In this document: piece by piece, positions 40,356 to 48,665 of the stretch
Layout: every line of letters starts with the position of its first letter
How positions within the stretch are numbered: position 1 is the stretch's first letter
Assembly (NCBI GenBank): GCA_963761305.1
Contig: CAVXGK010000002.1
Coordinates: 2,880,001 to 2,944,000, forward strand
DNA length: 64,000 nt
Direction: 5' to 3'
Origin: an uncultured Gemmatimonadaceae bacterium
GTDB taxonomy: Bacteria > Gemmatimonadota > Gemmatimonadetes > Gemmatimonadales > Gemmatimonadaceae
Translations under genes and position numbers: made by a program
Notes under the pieces: model-generated
What the model was told of the DNA's origin: nothing
Databases searched by the model: none
Seen by the model: the letters and a program-made list of their open reading frames with translations, nothing else

Positions 40356-40987
40356 TTGGCGGTCTCCTGTTTCCAGGCGAAGTAGGAGTAGGCGAGCAAG
40401 CCGACCGACATGGCCAGGGCGACGACGATGAACGCGATGAGCGCGATCGGGCTGGTGAAGAACGCGGAGATGATCGCCAGCACGCCGGTGGCGCTCATCA
40501 CGTAGCCGCCGACCCGATGTGTGCGCTCCCACACGCGATCGTTGCTGAGCGTCCACGGCGTGCGAATGCCGAACCACCAGTTCGACCTCGCCCGCGGGAG
40601 CAGATTGCCGATGGCGATGAACGCCACGCCGATCACCGCCGGCATGAGGCGCACGAACGGCACGGGGCTGCCCATCGCGCCGGCGAGAATCAAGAGGTGC
40701 AGCGCTGCCAACATCGTGAGAACGACGTTCACGACGAGATCGTACGTGTCCTGCATTCTGGCGTAGTTCGCGCGACGCGGGTCGATCTTCGGCAGTCCGC
40801 GCATGAGTCCCCACAGCGCGAGAATCATCACGGGAAAGATGACCGTCGGCACCCACTTCGGTCCGTAGGCGTTGGGGTTGCCGCGGAGGTCGAAATGGGT
40901 CGGCACGCGGTCGGGGAGTTTTGGGTAGACGATGATCGACGCGATCGTGGCGATCGCGACGAGCAGGACCGGGTACCACTTACGCAT
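40352..40987 (-). CDS. sdpI: SdpI family membrane immunity protein (DUF1648 + SdpI)
   Basis: LPDRVPTHF...G.P; IDP...NY; N..FGIRTPWTL....W..THR..G motifs. Confidence 0.88.
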   Translation of the reverse strand: MRKWYPVLLVAIATIASIIVYPKLPDRVPTHFDLRGNPNAYGPKWVPTVIFPVMILALWGLMRGLPKIDPRRANYARMQDTYDLVVNVVLTMLAALHLLILAGAMGSPVPFVRLMPAVIGVAFIAIGNLLPRARSNWWFGIRTPWTLSNDRVWERTHRVGGYVMSATGVLAIISAFFTSPIALIAFIVVALAMSVGLLAYSYFAWKQETAK

Positions 40988-41273
40988 TGCGCTTTCCTCC
41001 GGCTTTGCCGCGGGCGGGCGGCCTCACCCAATCGAGAATGTGTTCGACCAGGTCGTCGAACACGGTGGTGTTGAGCTCATAGACGATCTGCTGCCCCTGG
41101 CGCTCCGAGAGCACGAGCTTGGCGTCGCGCAACTGCGCGAGATGTCGCGACACGGTCGGCCACGCCGTCGGAAAATGCTCGGCGATTTCGCCCGACGTGC
41201 GCGGGCCGTCACGCAGGAGCCGCAAGATCTCGCGGCGCGTGGGGTCGGCCAGCGCTCTGAAAGCGTCATTCAT
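40980..41273 (-). CDS. sdpR: ArsR-family autorepressor SdpR
   Basis: FRALADPTRREIL.LL, G.IA..F, VSRHL..L and GQ.I.YELNTTVF motifs; overlaps sdpI. Confidence 0.88.
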   Translation of the reverse strand: MNDAFRALADPTRREILRLLRDGPRTSGEIAEHFPTAWPTVSRHLAQLRDAKLVLSERQGQQIVYELNTTVFDDLVEHILDWVRPPARGKAGGKRNA

Positions 41274-41290
41274 CGGCAGGCATTGGTTGC

Positions 41291-41314
41291 ATAATTAGCC
41301 AAGTACGTAAGTAT
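41291..41314. promoter_or_regulatory. Putative SdpR operator
   Basis: Imperfect AT-rich inverted repeat ATAATTAG-N8-GTAAGTAT (6/8 match), 17 nt upstream of the sdpR start. Confidence 0.5.
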
Positions 41315-41395
41315 CGGGCCGCAGGTTTCGCCTGTCGCGGTGACAGTTTTTCGGCGGGTGGGATTCGGTCGCCGATCAGGCCTTTACGAATTGGG

Positions 41396-41512
41396 ACTGC
41401 AACGATTTCGCGGAGATGGCGGACTCACGCAGAGAAAGCAACAGAATTCAAAAACCCAAGAGTTGCTGTGCTCTATCCGCGAAATCCGCTCGTTCCGCGA
41501 AATCGGTGCAGT
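41396..41512. repeat. Palindromic intergenic element
   Basis: 19-bp inverted repeat with 1 mismatch (ACTGCAACGATTTCGCGGA); duplicated TCCGCGAAATC; inner AGCAAC/GTTGCT. Confidence 0.7.
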
Positions 41513-41568
41513 ACCGAGTCGTAGATGCCCGGCTCCCGCGCTCGGGCCCTCGCTCGCCGAGACAGACT

Positions 41569-42459
41569 CTATCCGGCAAGCTCCTCGAGCAGCGCCATCA
41601 TCTTCACGTCGTAGGGATCGGGCGACGGGTCCTCGCCGTCGATCTCCTCGTTCTGCTGCGGCGTCTCGAGCACGAGCGGAATGCCGCGCGACCGCTTGTC
41701 CTTCAGCAGGGCGCGAAACGGTTCGACCCCAATGTGGCCGTCGCCGATCAGCGCGTGACGATCCTTGTTCGAGCCGAGTGGGTTGGCGCTGTCGTTCAAA
41801 TGGAAAAAGCCGGGCGGCTCGCCCGTCGCGGCCTCGAATTCATCGAGCGCGCGTTTGACGCCGTCGGGCGCGGTGATCTCGTAGCCCGACGCGAGCAGAT
41901 GACACGTGTCGAGACCGTAGCCCGTGCGAGCGCGGAGCGCCTTGGGAACGTGGCGGAGGATCGAGCCCACCTCGGCGGCGGTCTTGGCGAACGTACGTCC
42001 CGCACCGGCGGTGTTCTCGACGAGGACGCGCGTCTTGCTCTGTGGCACGGCCTCCAGCGCGTGCAGGATCGCGCCTGCGACACGCTCCGCGGCAACCTCG
42101 CGATCGTCGTCGAGCGCGGCGCCTGGGTGGAAGCAGACGACACCCAGGCCGAGTGCCGTCGATCGCTCCAGCTCCTTGGCGAGACCGGCGCGGGCACGTA
42201 CGTACTTCTCCTCTTCGTGCGTGGCCGTGTTGAGCACGTAGGCCGCGTGCGCGATCACGTTGACCGGATCGATTTTCGTCTCGGTGAACGCGGCCTTCGC
42301 GCGCTCGACGCGATCCGGCTTGATCGACGCCTTGTCGCCGTAGTACATCGGCAGCGTGGTGAACAGCTGCATGGCGTGCATGTGGCCGGCGCCGGCGCGG
42401 CGAATGGCCATGTGCAAGCCGCCGTTGTTGCTCGTGTGAGCGCCGAAGAGATGGGTCAT
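41569..42459 (-). CDS. nfo: Endonuclease IV (AP endonuclease family 2)
   Basis: GAH, HAAY..N, HPG, ENTAG, DTCH, HLNDS, DRH..IG.G and LETP motifs. Confidence 0.93.
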   Translation of the reverse strand: MTHLFGAHTSNNGGLHMAIRRAGAGHMHAMQLFTTLPMYYGDKASIKPDRVERAKAAFTETKIDPVNVIAHAAYVLNTATHEEEKYVRARAGLAKELERSTALGLGVVCFHPGAALDDDREVAAERVAGAILHALEAVPQSKTRVLVENTAGAGRTFAKTAAEVGSILRHVPKALRARTGYGLDTCHLLASGYEITAPDGVKRALDEFEAATGEPPGFFHLNDSANPLGSNKDRHALIGDGHIGVEPFRALLKDKRSRGIPLVLETPQQNEEIDGEDPSPDPYDVKMMALLEELAG

Positions 42460-43256
42460 TTGATTCGCCCCACGCGGACGACGCGGCCGGTCCCCGAGTC
42501 GGAGCGGCCGACCGGCATCCATGAAACAGCGAGCTCGCTCCCGGCGAGCGCGACGTCGGGCGCGCGCGCCGCGTCGACGGATCGCGACGCCGGTACGTGC
42601 CAGTCGAAGTTGTGTCCCTGCGTCTCCGAGATCGCGACGTCGATGCGGTGTCGCGTTCCGTTCGGCTCCTCGTACGCGACGACGACGCGCTCGTCGTGCG
42701 CGGCGATCGCCGTCGCAACGACGCGTTCCCCGTAGACGACCGGCACCGGCTCGTGGACCATGCCGCCCATTGTGTGCGCGAAAAACACGCCGCGTCCCTC
42801 CGGTGCAGACAGCGAATACGCGACGAAGACGTCGTCGCCGACGGTCGTCACGGAAGGCGGCGGCCGGTCGCATCCCGCCGCGCTCACGTCGGTCGTGTCG
42901 ACGGAGAGCGGTTTCGTCCACACCGCCGGCTCTCCCGCGCCACTCGAGACGAACAGGGTCGCGCCGCTGTCGCGCCGCATCCCCCACCACGCCAGGTAGT
43001 GATGAGTCGTCCCCTTCGCGCTTCGCACCGACGTTGCGCACACGGTGGCGTCGCCCGTGTTCGGAACGGAGCCTGGCGCGACCCCCGGCGGCATCACCGA
43101 CGTTCGACCCTTGGAATCGACGACCAGACGGCCGAGCGTATCGGGTCCGCGCATTTCAGCCGGATCGTTCCATTCGATCGGCGCCTGATCGCACGCCGCG
43201 ACCGATACAGCGAGCGCGGCCGCGCAGAGCAGTCGAACACCGTGATGTGAGCGCAT
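42456..43256 (-). CDS. Hypothetical lipoprotein (possible BNR/sialidase-like propeller)
   Basis: Lipobox VAAC; S...G..W/F Asp-box-like segments; ATGA overlap with nfo. Confidence 0.6.
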   Translation of the reverse strand: MRSHHGVRLLCAAALAVSVAACDQAPIEWNDPAEMRGPDTLGRLVVDSKGRTSVMPPGVAPGSVPNTGDATVCATSVRSAKGTTHHYLAWWGMRRDSGATLFVSSGAGEPAVWTKPLSVDTTDVSAAGCDRPPPSVTTVGDDVFVAYSLSAPEGRGVFFAHTMGGMVHEPVPVVYGERVVATAIAAHDERVVVAYEEPNGTRHRIDVAISETQGHNFDWHVPASRSVDAARAPDVALAGSELAVSWMPVGRSDSGTGRVVRVGRIK

Positions 43257-43335
43257 GTGAGGTGAGGGGACGTTAGCGCCGACGCGAAGAGGGCAGAAGG
43301 GCGCTAACTTTTCCGCATTCTTTCCCTCTCAAACG

Positions 43336-45057
43336 ATGTCGTCCACCGCCGCTCCGACTCCCGCCGTCCGCGCCGCCGCCGAATCCTCGCAGGCCGTCGA
43401 GACGATCCATCCGCACGCTCCCGCCGTCGCCGGTTTCAACGGCACGCGGCGCGTCCCGCATCCGGTCAACGAGCCGGTAAAGACGTATGCGCCCGGCACG
43501 CCCGAGCGCGCCGCGATCAAGAAGCGCCTCGACGAGATGGCCGGCGAGCGGATCGAGATCCCGATCATCATCGGCGGGCGTGAAGTCCGCACCGGCGAGA
43601 CGGCGACGTCGGTCATGCCGCACGACCATCGCCACGTCCTCGCGGACTATCACAAGGCATCGGCGACGAACGTGCGCGCCGCGATCGACGCTGCCCGCGA
43701 AGCGCGCCGCGAGTGGGCGAACTGGGCGTGGGAGGACCGCGCCGCCGTCTTCCTCCGCGCCGCCGAGTTGCTGGCCACGACGTGGCGCCAAACAGCGAAC
43801 GCGTCGACGATGCTCGGCCAGTCCAAGACCGTTTTCCAGGCGGAGATCGACGCGGCATGCGAGCTGATCGACTTCTGGCGCTTCAACCCCGCGTACGCGC
43901 AGGAGCTCTACGACGAACAGCCGCTGTCGACGCCGGCGATGTGGAACCAGCTCGACTATCGCCCGCTCGAGGGATTCGTCTACGCGGTGACGCCGTTCAA
44001 CTTCACGTCGATCGGCGGCAACCTGCCGACGGCGCCGGCGCTCATGGGCAACACGGTGATCTGGAAGCCCGCGTCGAGCGCCATGCTCTCGGCGTACTAC
44101 CTGATGCGGCTTCTCGAGGCGGCCGGATTGCCGCCGGGCGTGATCAACTTCGTGCCTGGCGACGCGGCCGAAGTCTCGAACGTGCTGCTCTCGCACCGCG
44201 ATCTCGCGGGCGTGCACTTCACGGGTAGCACGAGCGTCTTCAACAGCATGTGGCGCACGATCGGCGCGAACATGTCGCAGTACGCGACGTATCCACGCAT
44301 CGTCGGCGAGACGGGCGGCAAGGACTTCATCCTCGCGCATCCGTCGGCCGATCCGCAGGCGCTGGCCGTGGCCATCGCGCGCGGCGGGTTCGAGTTCCAG
44401 GGCCAGAAATGTTCGGCGGCGAGCCGCGTCTACATCCCGCGCTCGATGTGGAAGGAGGTGCGCGACCGTGTCGTCGGGATGATGGACGACATGCGGATGG
44501 GCGACATCGCCGATTTCCGCAACTTCGTCGGCGCGGTGATCGACGAGAGAGCGTTCAAGAAGATCAGCGACTACGTGGAGGACGCGCGGGCCAACGCGAC
44601 GATCATCGCCGGCGGAAAGACGAACGGCAGCGACGGCTACTTCATCTCGCCGACGCTCGTGCAGGCGAAGTCGCCGGAATACCGGCTGATGTGCGAGGAG
44701 ATCTTCGGGCCCGTGGTGACGGCGTACGTGTACGACGACACCAAGTGGAACGAGACGCTCGAGGTCATCGACCGCACGTCGCCTTATGCGCTCACCGGCG
44801 CGGTGTTCGCGACCGATCGCGCGGCGGTGCGCGAAGCGGCGATGGCGCTGCGCAACGCGGCCGGCAACTTCTACGTGAACGACAAGCCGACGGGCGCGGT
44901 GGTCGGCCAACAGCCGTTCGGTGGCGCGCGCGCGTCGGGCACGAACGACAAGGCGGGGTCGAAGCTCAACCTCATGCGCTGGGTGAGCGCGCGGGCGATC
45001 AAGGAAACGTTCTCGCCGCCGCTCGACTACACGTATCCGTTCATGGCGGACAAGTAG
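43336..45057 (+). CDS. pruA: L-glutamate gamma-semialdehyde (P5C) dehydrogenase
   Basis: NEP...Y.PG, QAEIDAACELIDFWRFN, GETGGKDF, FQGQKCSAASR, EEIFGP and GTNDKAGS motifs. Confidence 0.95.
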   Translation: MSSTAAPTPAVRAAAESSQAVETIHPHAPAVAGFNGTRRVPHPVNEPVKTYAPGTPERAAIKKRLDEMAGERIEIPIIIGGREVRTGETATSVMPHDHRHVLADYHKASATNVRAAIDAAREARREWANWAWEDRAAVFLRAAELLATTWRQTANASTMLGQSKTVFQAEIDAACELIDFWRFNPAYAQELYDEQPLSTPAMWNQLDYRPLEGFVYAVTPFNFTSIGGNLPTAPALMGNTVIWKPASSAMLSAYYLMRLLEAAGLPPGVINFVPGDAAEVSNVLLSHRDLAGVHFTGSTSVFNSMWRTIGANMSQYATYPRIVGETGGKDFILAHPSADPQALAVAIARGGFEFQGQKCSAASRVYIPRSMWKEVRDRVVGMMDDMRMGDIADFRNFVGAVIDERAFKKISDYVEDARANATIIAGGKTNGSDGYFISPTLVQAKSPEYRLMCEEIFGPVVTAYVYDDTKWNETLEVIDRTSPYALTGAVFATDRAAVREAAMALRNAAGNFYVNDKPTGAVVGQQPFGGARASGTNDKAGSKLNLMRWVSARAIKETFSPPLDYTYPFMADK

Positions 45058-45132
45058 CGCTCACGCGTTCGCGCGCCGCGACGCACGCTGCCGAGCGCCC
45101 GCAGTCTGTTGTCAGACGGTTGAGTGGACGAG

Positions 45133-45220
45133 CGGGTGGGACTGTCCGCAGCGGAGCCGAGCCAGTATTGCCAGGCTGTATCGCAATACTGCTCTGGTCC
45201 GCGGAGGACAGTCCCACCCC
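45133..45220. repeat. Long hairpin (REP-like or bidirectional terminator) between convergent genes
   Basis: Perfect 15-bp inverted repeat CGGGTGGGACTGTCC/GGACAGTCCCACCCG plus inner CAGTATTGC/GCAATACTG. Confidence 0.7.
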
Positions 45221-45277
45221 GAGCCCGCACCTCGGCGGTTCTATCGGACGCGGAGCTGCGCGACGTAGATCGCGCGG

Positions 45278-45532
45278 CTAGAGATCGTCGTCTTCGTCCG
45301 ACTCGCCGACCTTGCGCTCGATTTTGCCGAACGCGTCTTTGATCTTCCCCTTCGCCTGGTCGATCTTGCCCTCGGCTTGGAGCTTCTTGTTGCCGGTCAG
45401 GTCGCCCGCGGCGTCCTTGACGTGGCCTTTGATCTGGTCGGCCTTGCCGCTCGCGGAATCCTTGAAGCCCTGTCGTTTCAGATCCTTGTCGTCGCGGATA
45501 TTGTCCCGCTTGTCGTCGCGTTTCTCGTCCAT
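45278..45532 (-). CDS. CsbD family stress protein
   Basis: GAGGA RBS; GKADQIKG.VKDA.G.LTG...LQAEGK.DQ..GK motif. Confidence 0.9.
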   Translation of the reverse strand: MDEKRDDKRDNIRDDKDLKRQGFKDSASGKADQIKGHVKDAAGDLTGNKKLQAEGKIDQAKGKIKDAFGKIERKVGESDEDDDL

Positions 45533-45589
45533 GGTCGTGTCCTCGCTGTTGTCGAGACCGTTCGCCGGTCCCTGGCTCGACCATAACAA

Positions 45590-45605
45590 AGCAAGCAGAG
45601 TGCCT
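45590..45605 (-). promoter_or_regulatory. Putative sigma54 (-24/-12) promoter of the csbD-family gene
   Basis: AGGCAC-TCTGC-TTGCT on the minus strand (GG-N10-GC). Confidence 0.5.
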
Positions 45606-45636
45606 GGTCGTTGCTGAGCCCGTATTCTTCTCCCCC

Positions 45637-46638
45637 ATGCTGATTCTCGACCAACAAGCGGTCACCGAGCTCCTGCCGATGCGCGAGTGCATCGACCTCA
45701 TGGTCTCGACGCTCTCGGCCCTGGCGCGGGGCGAGACGATTCTGCCGCTGCGCACCGTCGTTCTCATTCCCGACACCAATGACGCGTTCGCCGTGATGCC
45801 CGCGTACATCGGATTGCCCAAGACGATGGGCGCGAAGATCATCACGGTGTATCCCGGCAACCACGGCACGAAGTACGACTCGCATCAAGGCGCGGTGCTG
45901 CTCTTCGATCCCGACAACGGCAGCCTCGCCGCGCTGCTCGACGCGACCGCGGTTACGACGATTCGCACGGCGGCGGTGTCCGCCGTCGCGACGTGGCTTC
46001 TCGCGCGCGAAAACGCGTCGTCGCTGGTGATGATCGGCGCGGGCGTGCAGGCGCACGCGCATCTCGAGGCGATGTGCGCCGTGCGTCCGATCAAGACACT
46101 GCGCGTATGGAGCCGTACCGCCGCGAACGCCGAGCGACTCGCCGAGGTCGCGCGCAGAAAGTTCAAGCTCGACGCGTCGGTGGCGTCGTCGGGCGAAGAC
46201 GCAGTGAGCGGCGCCGACATCGTGTGCACGACGACGTCGGCGCGCGCGCCGGTGCTGTTCGGCGAGTGGCTCACGCCCGGGACGCACATAAACGCCATCG
46301 GCGCGTCACAGCGCACGGCGCGCGAGCTGGACACGCAATGCGTCGTGCGGTCGCGGCTCTACGTGGATCGGCGCGAGTCGGCGCTCAAGGAGCCAGGCGA
46401 CACGCTCGTTCCGCTCGAGGAAGGCGCGATCACGCCCGACCACATCGTCGCCGAAATCGGCGAGCTTGCGATCGGCCGTGGCGTCGGACGACGGGACGAG
46501 AAGGAGATCACGCTCTTCAAATCGCTCGGGCTGGCCATCGAGGACATCGCGGCCGCGTCGTACGTCTACAGCGCGGCGAAACGCGCCGGTAAAGGCGTCG
46601 ACGTGGACGTTGGCGGAGTGCGCCGTGAGGCAGATTGA
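45637..46638 (+). CDS. Ornithine cyclodeaminase/mu-crystallin family protein
   Basis: MPAY, K...VYPGN, T.IRTAA.SA.A, IGAGVQA..H, HINAIG and ITLFKSLG.A.ED motifs. Confidence 0.92.
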   Translation: MLILDQQAVTELLPMRECIDLMVSTLSALARGETILPLRTVVLIPDTNDAFAVMPAYIGLPKTMGAKIITVYPGNHGTKYDSHQGAVLLFDPDNGSLAALLDATAVTTIRTAAVSAVATWLLARENASSLVMIGAGVQAHAHLEAMCAVRPIKTLRVWSRTAANAERLAEVARRKFKLDASVASSGEDAVSGADIVCTTTSARAPVLFGEWLTPGTHINAIGASQRTARELDTQCVVRSRLYVDRRESALKEPGDTLVPLEEGAITPDHIVAEIGELAIGRGVGRRDEKEITLFKSLGLAIEDIAAASYVYSAAKRAGKGVDVDVGGVRREAD

Positions 46639-47584
46639 ACCGATCACGATCGACGATGTGCGCGCGGCGCGAAAACGCATCGCGTCGACCGTGGGACGCA
46701 CGCCGCTGGTTCGCCTCGAGGTAGACGGCCCCGCCGAGATCTACCTCAAGCTCGAGAACCTCCAGCCGATCGGCTCGTTCAAGCTGCGCGGCGCCACGAA
46801 CGCGATCCGGTCGCTGCCGCTCAGCGTCGTGTCAGGCGGCGTGTACACTGCGAGCGCCGGCAACATGGCGCAGGGCGTCGCGTGGGGCGCGCGCGACCTC
46901 GGCGTGCCGTGCACCGTCGTGATGCCCGACAGCGCGCCGACGACGAAGGTGAACGCGGTCAAGCGACTCGGCGCGACGATCGTCCCGCTTCCCTACGACG
47001 ACTGGTGGCAGACGTTGCGCGACCACGGGCGAGAGGGCATGCCCGGGCGATTCATCCATCCCGTCGCCGACCGCGACGTGATGGCGGGCAACGGGACGAT
47101 CGGTCTCGAGATCGTCGAGGATTTGCCGGACGTCGACGCGGTGCTCGTGCCGTTCGGTGGCGGCGGGCTCGTGTCGGGCATCGCCACCGCGGTGCGCGCG
47201 CTACAGCCGCGCGCACGGATTTACGGCTGCGAGGTCGAGACGTCGATGCCGCTTTCGGCGGCGCTGGCCGCGGGGCATCCGGTCGTCGTCGAGCGAACGC
47301 CGAGCTTCGTCGACGGCATCGGCGGACGTGGGGTGCTCGACGAAATGTGGCCGATCGTCTCGAAGCTGGTCGATCAGGCGCTGGTCGCGACGATCGCCGA
47401 GACGCGCGCGGCGATTCGGCTGCTCGTCGAGCGTGCGCGCGTGGTCGCCGAAGGGGCGGGCGCAGTGCCAGTCGCGGCCGCGGTAGCCGGGCGCGCCGGA
47501 CAAGGGCGGATCGTCTGCATCGTTTCTGGCGGGAACATCGATACCGACACTCTCGCCGGCATTCTGGCCGATTCAGCCGCATAG
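46625..47584 (+). CDS. PLP-dependent threonine/serine dehydratase family protein
   Basis: KLENLQ.IGSFKLRGA, SAGN.AQG, GGGGL.SG and SGGNID motifs; GTG start overlaps the upstream gene; no ACT domain. Confidence 0.9.
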   Translation: MRQIEPITIDDVRAARKRIASTVGRTPLVRLEVDGPAEIYLKLENLQPIGSFKLRGATNAIRSLPLSVVSGGVYTASAGNMAQGVAWGARDLGVPCTVVMPDSAPTTKVNAVKRLGATIVPLPYDDWWQTLRDHGREGMPGRFIHPVADRDVMAGNGTIGLEIVEDLPDVDAVLVPFGGGGLVSGIATAVRALQPRARIYGCEVETSMPLSAALAAGHPVVVERTPSFVDGIGGRGVLDEMWPIVSKLVDQALVATIAETRAAIRLLVERARVVAEGAGAVPVAAAVAGRAGQGRIVCIVSGGNIDTDTLAGILADSAA

Positions 47585-48422
47585 CGGCGGTGCGTGCGCG
47601 CCCCCCCCGCGACCGACGTAACGGCGGGTGCGGAAGACGTGACTTTGTCGTGGCAGGCGTCGGGAGACCAGTCGTGCGTCGTGCGCTCTGTCGTGCAGCG
47701 CACGTGACGCGACGAGCAATGCGTTCCTCGGCGACTCGAGCCCGTACCTCGTCGACGACAACTCAGGCAACCCCTACACGGACCAGCGCGCGTTCGCCCG
47801 AACGCGCGTGCGACACACCTGCGCGGCGGTGCTACCTGTGTTGGACTCAGTGGCGATCTGGTTGCACGTCATGCATGAAGAGCACGCAGGCCCGCAGCCA
47901 ATTCTGCCTGCGGGTCCGCTCGACGATTACATCGCGGCGTCCTGCCGAGGATTGGCGTTACGCCGGCGACGCTCACGACAAGAGAAAACTGCCCGCGAGT
48001 GCGAACGCGACGGATGTGATTCGCGAGCCGACGCGACCGAAGGCGCTCGAAATGGCGGTGCGTGCTCGGCAAGTGGTAGCGCGTGCGCCACATCTGACCA
48101 TCATGCACAGGGAGCGCACAGTGCGTACGCCGGACCGCGCACCGCGTTCTATTCTCCGGACCGTACGTGCAACTCGGCCTTTCGCCCGGCGATGTACCAC
48201 GCTCGCGAGGCAAGTCTCACACGCTCCCGCGCAAGTTCCTCGCAGTCAGAGGCAAGTCTGTCGCGGACGATGAAATGTGAGAGTCCATCATATGGTAACA
48301 TCGCTCTCTCTCCACGGATGTCGCCCGGCGTGACTCGATAGTCGGACGGCATCGCCGGCGAAGAGAAGTGGGTCGAGGAGCATGGAACATGCGCCGACGC
48401 GAATATGAATGGCGAGCAGCGG

Positions 48423-48665
48423 AAGGTGGTGCATCCAGTGACGCATCTCCGATGCAACCGCCGTCAAGCGAGAAGCCCGTGTCGCAAAGTCGCCTTGCAT
48501 CGAGGCAAAATGTGTCATCGCCCGGGGCAAGTGCGTCACGGCGCCGGGCAACTCCTGTGGGCGGCGCGGCAAGTCAGTCACCCGGGACAACAAGTGTCCG
48601 CGCGACGGCGGAAAGTCGGATTCAGCCGCGGACAACTCGTTCGCACGTCCCGGAAAGTCGCTCGC
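48423..48665. repeat. Degenerate 21-bp-period array (12 units)
   Basis: Core approximating [AC]AA[GC]T[GC] at 48423+21n for n=0-11. Confidence 0.75.

Noticed and set aside
38763..40979. 738-aa ORF suggesting an SdpI-hydrolase fusion or frameshift
   Set aside because: The extension overlaps sdpI in another frame; a GTG with RBS and signal peptide at 40355 explains two separate coupled genes.
48423..48665. Possible CRISPR array
   Set aside because: Only a degenerate ~6-nt core recurs with a 21-nt period; there are no 23-47-nt identical repeats and no cas genes.
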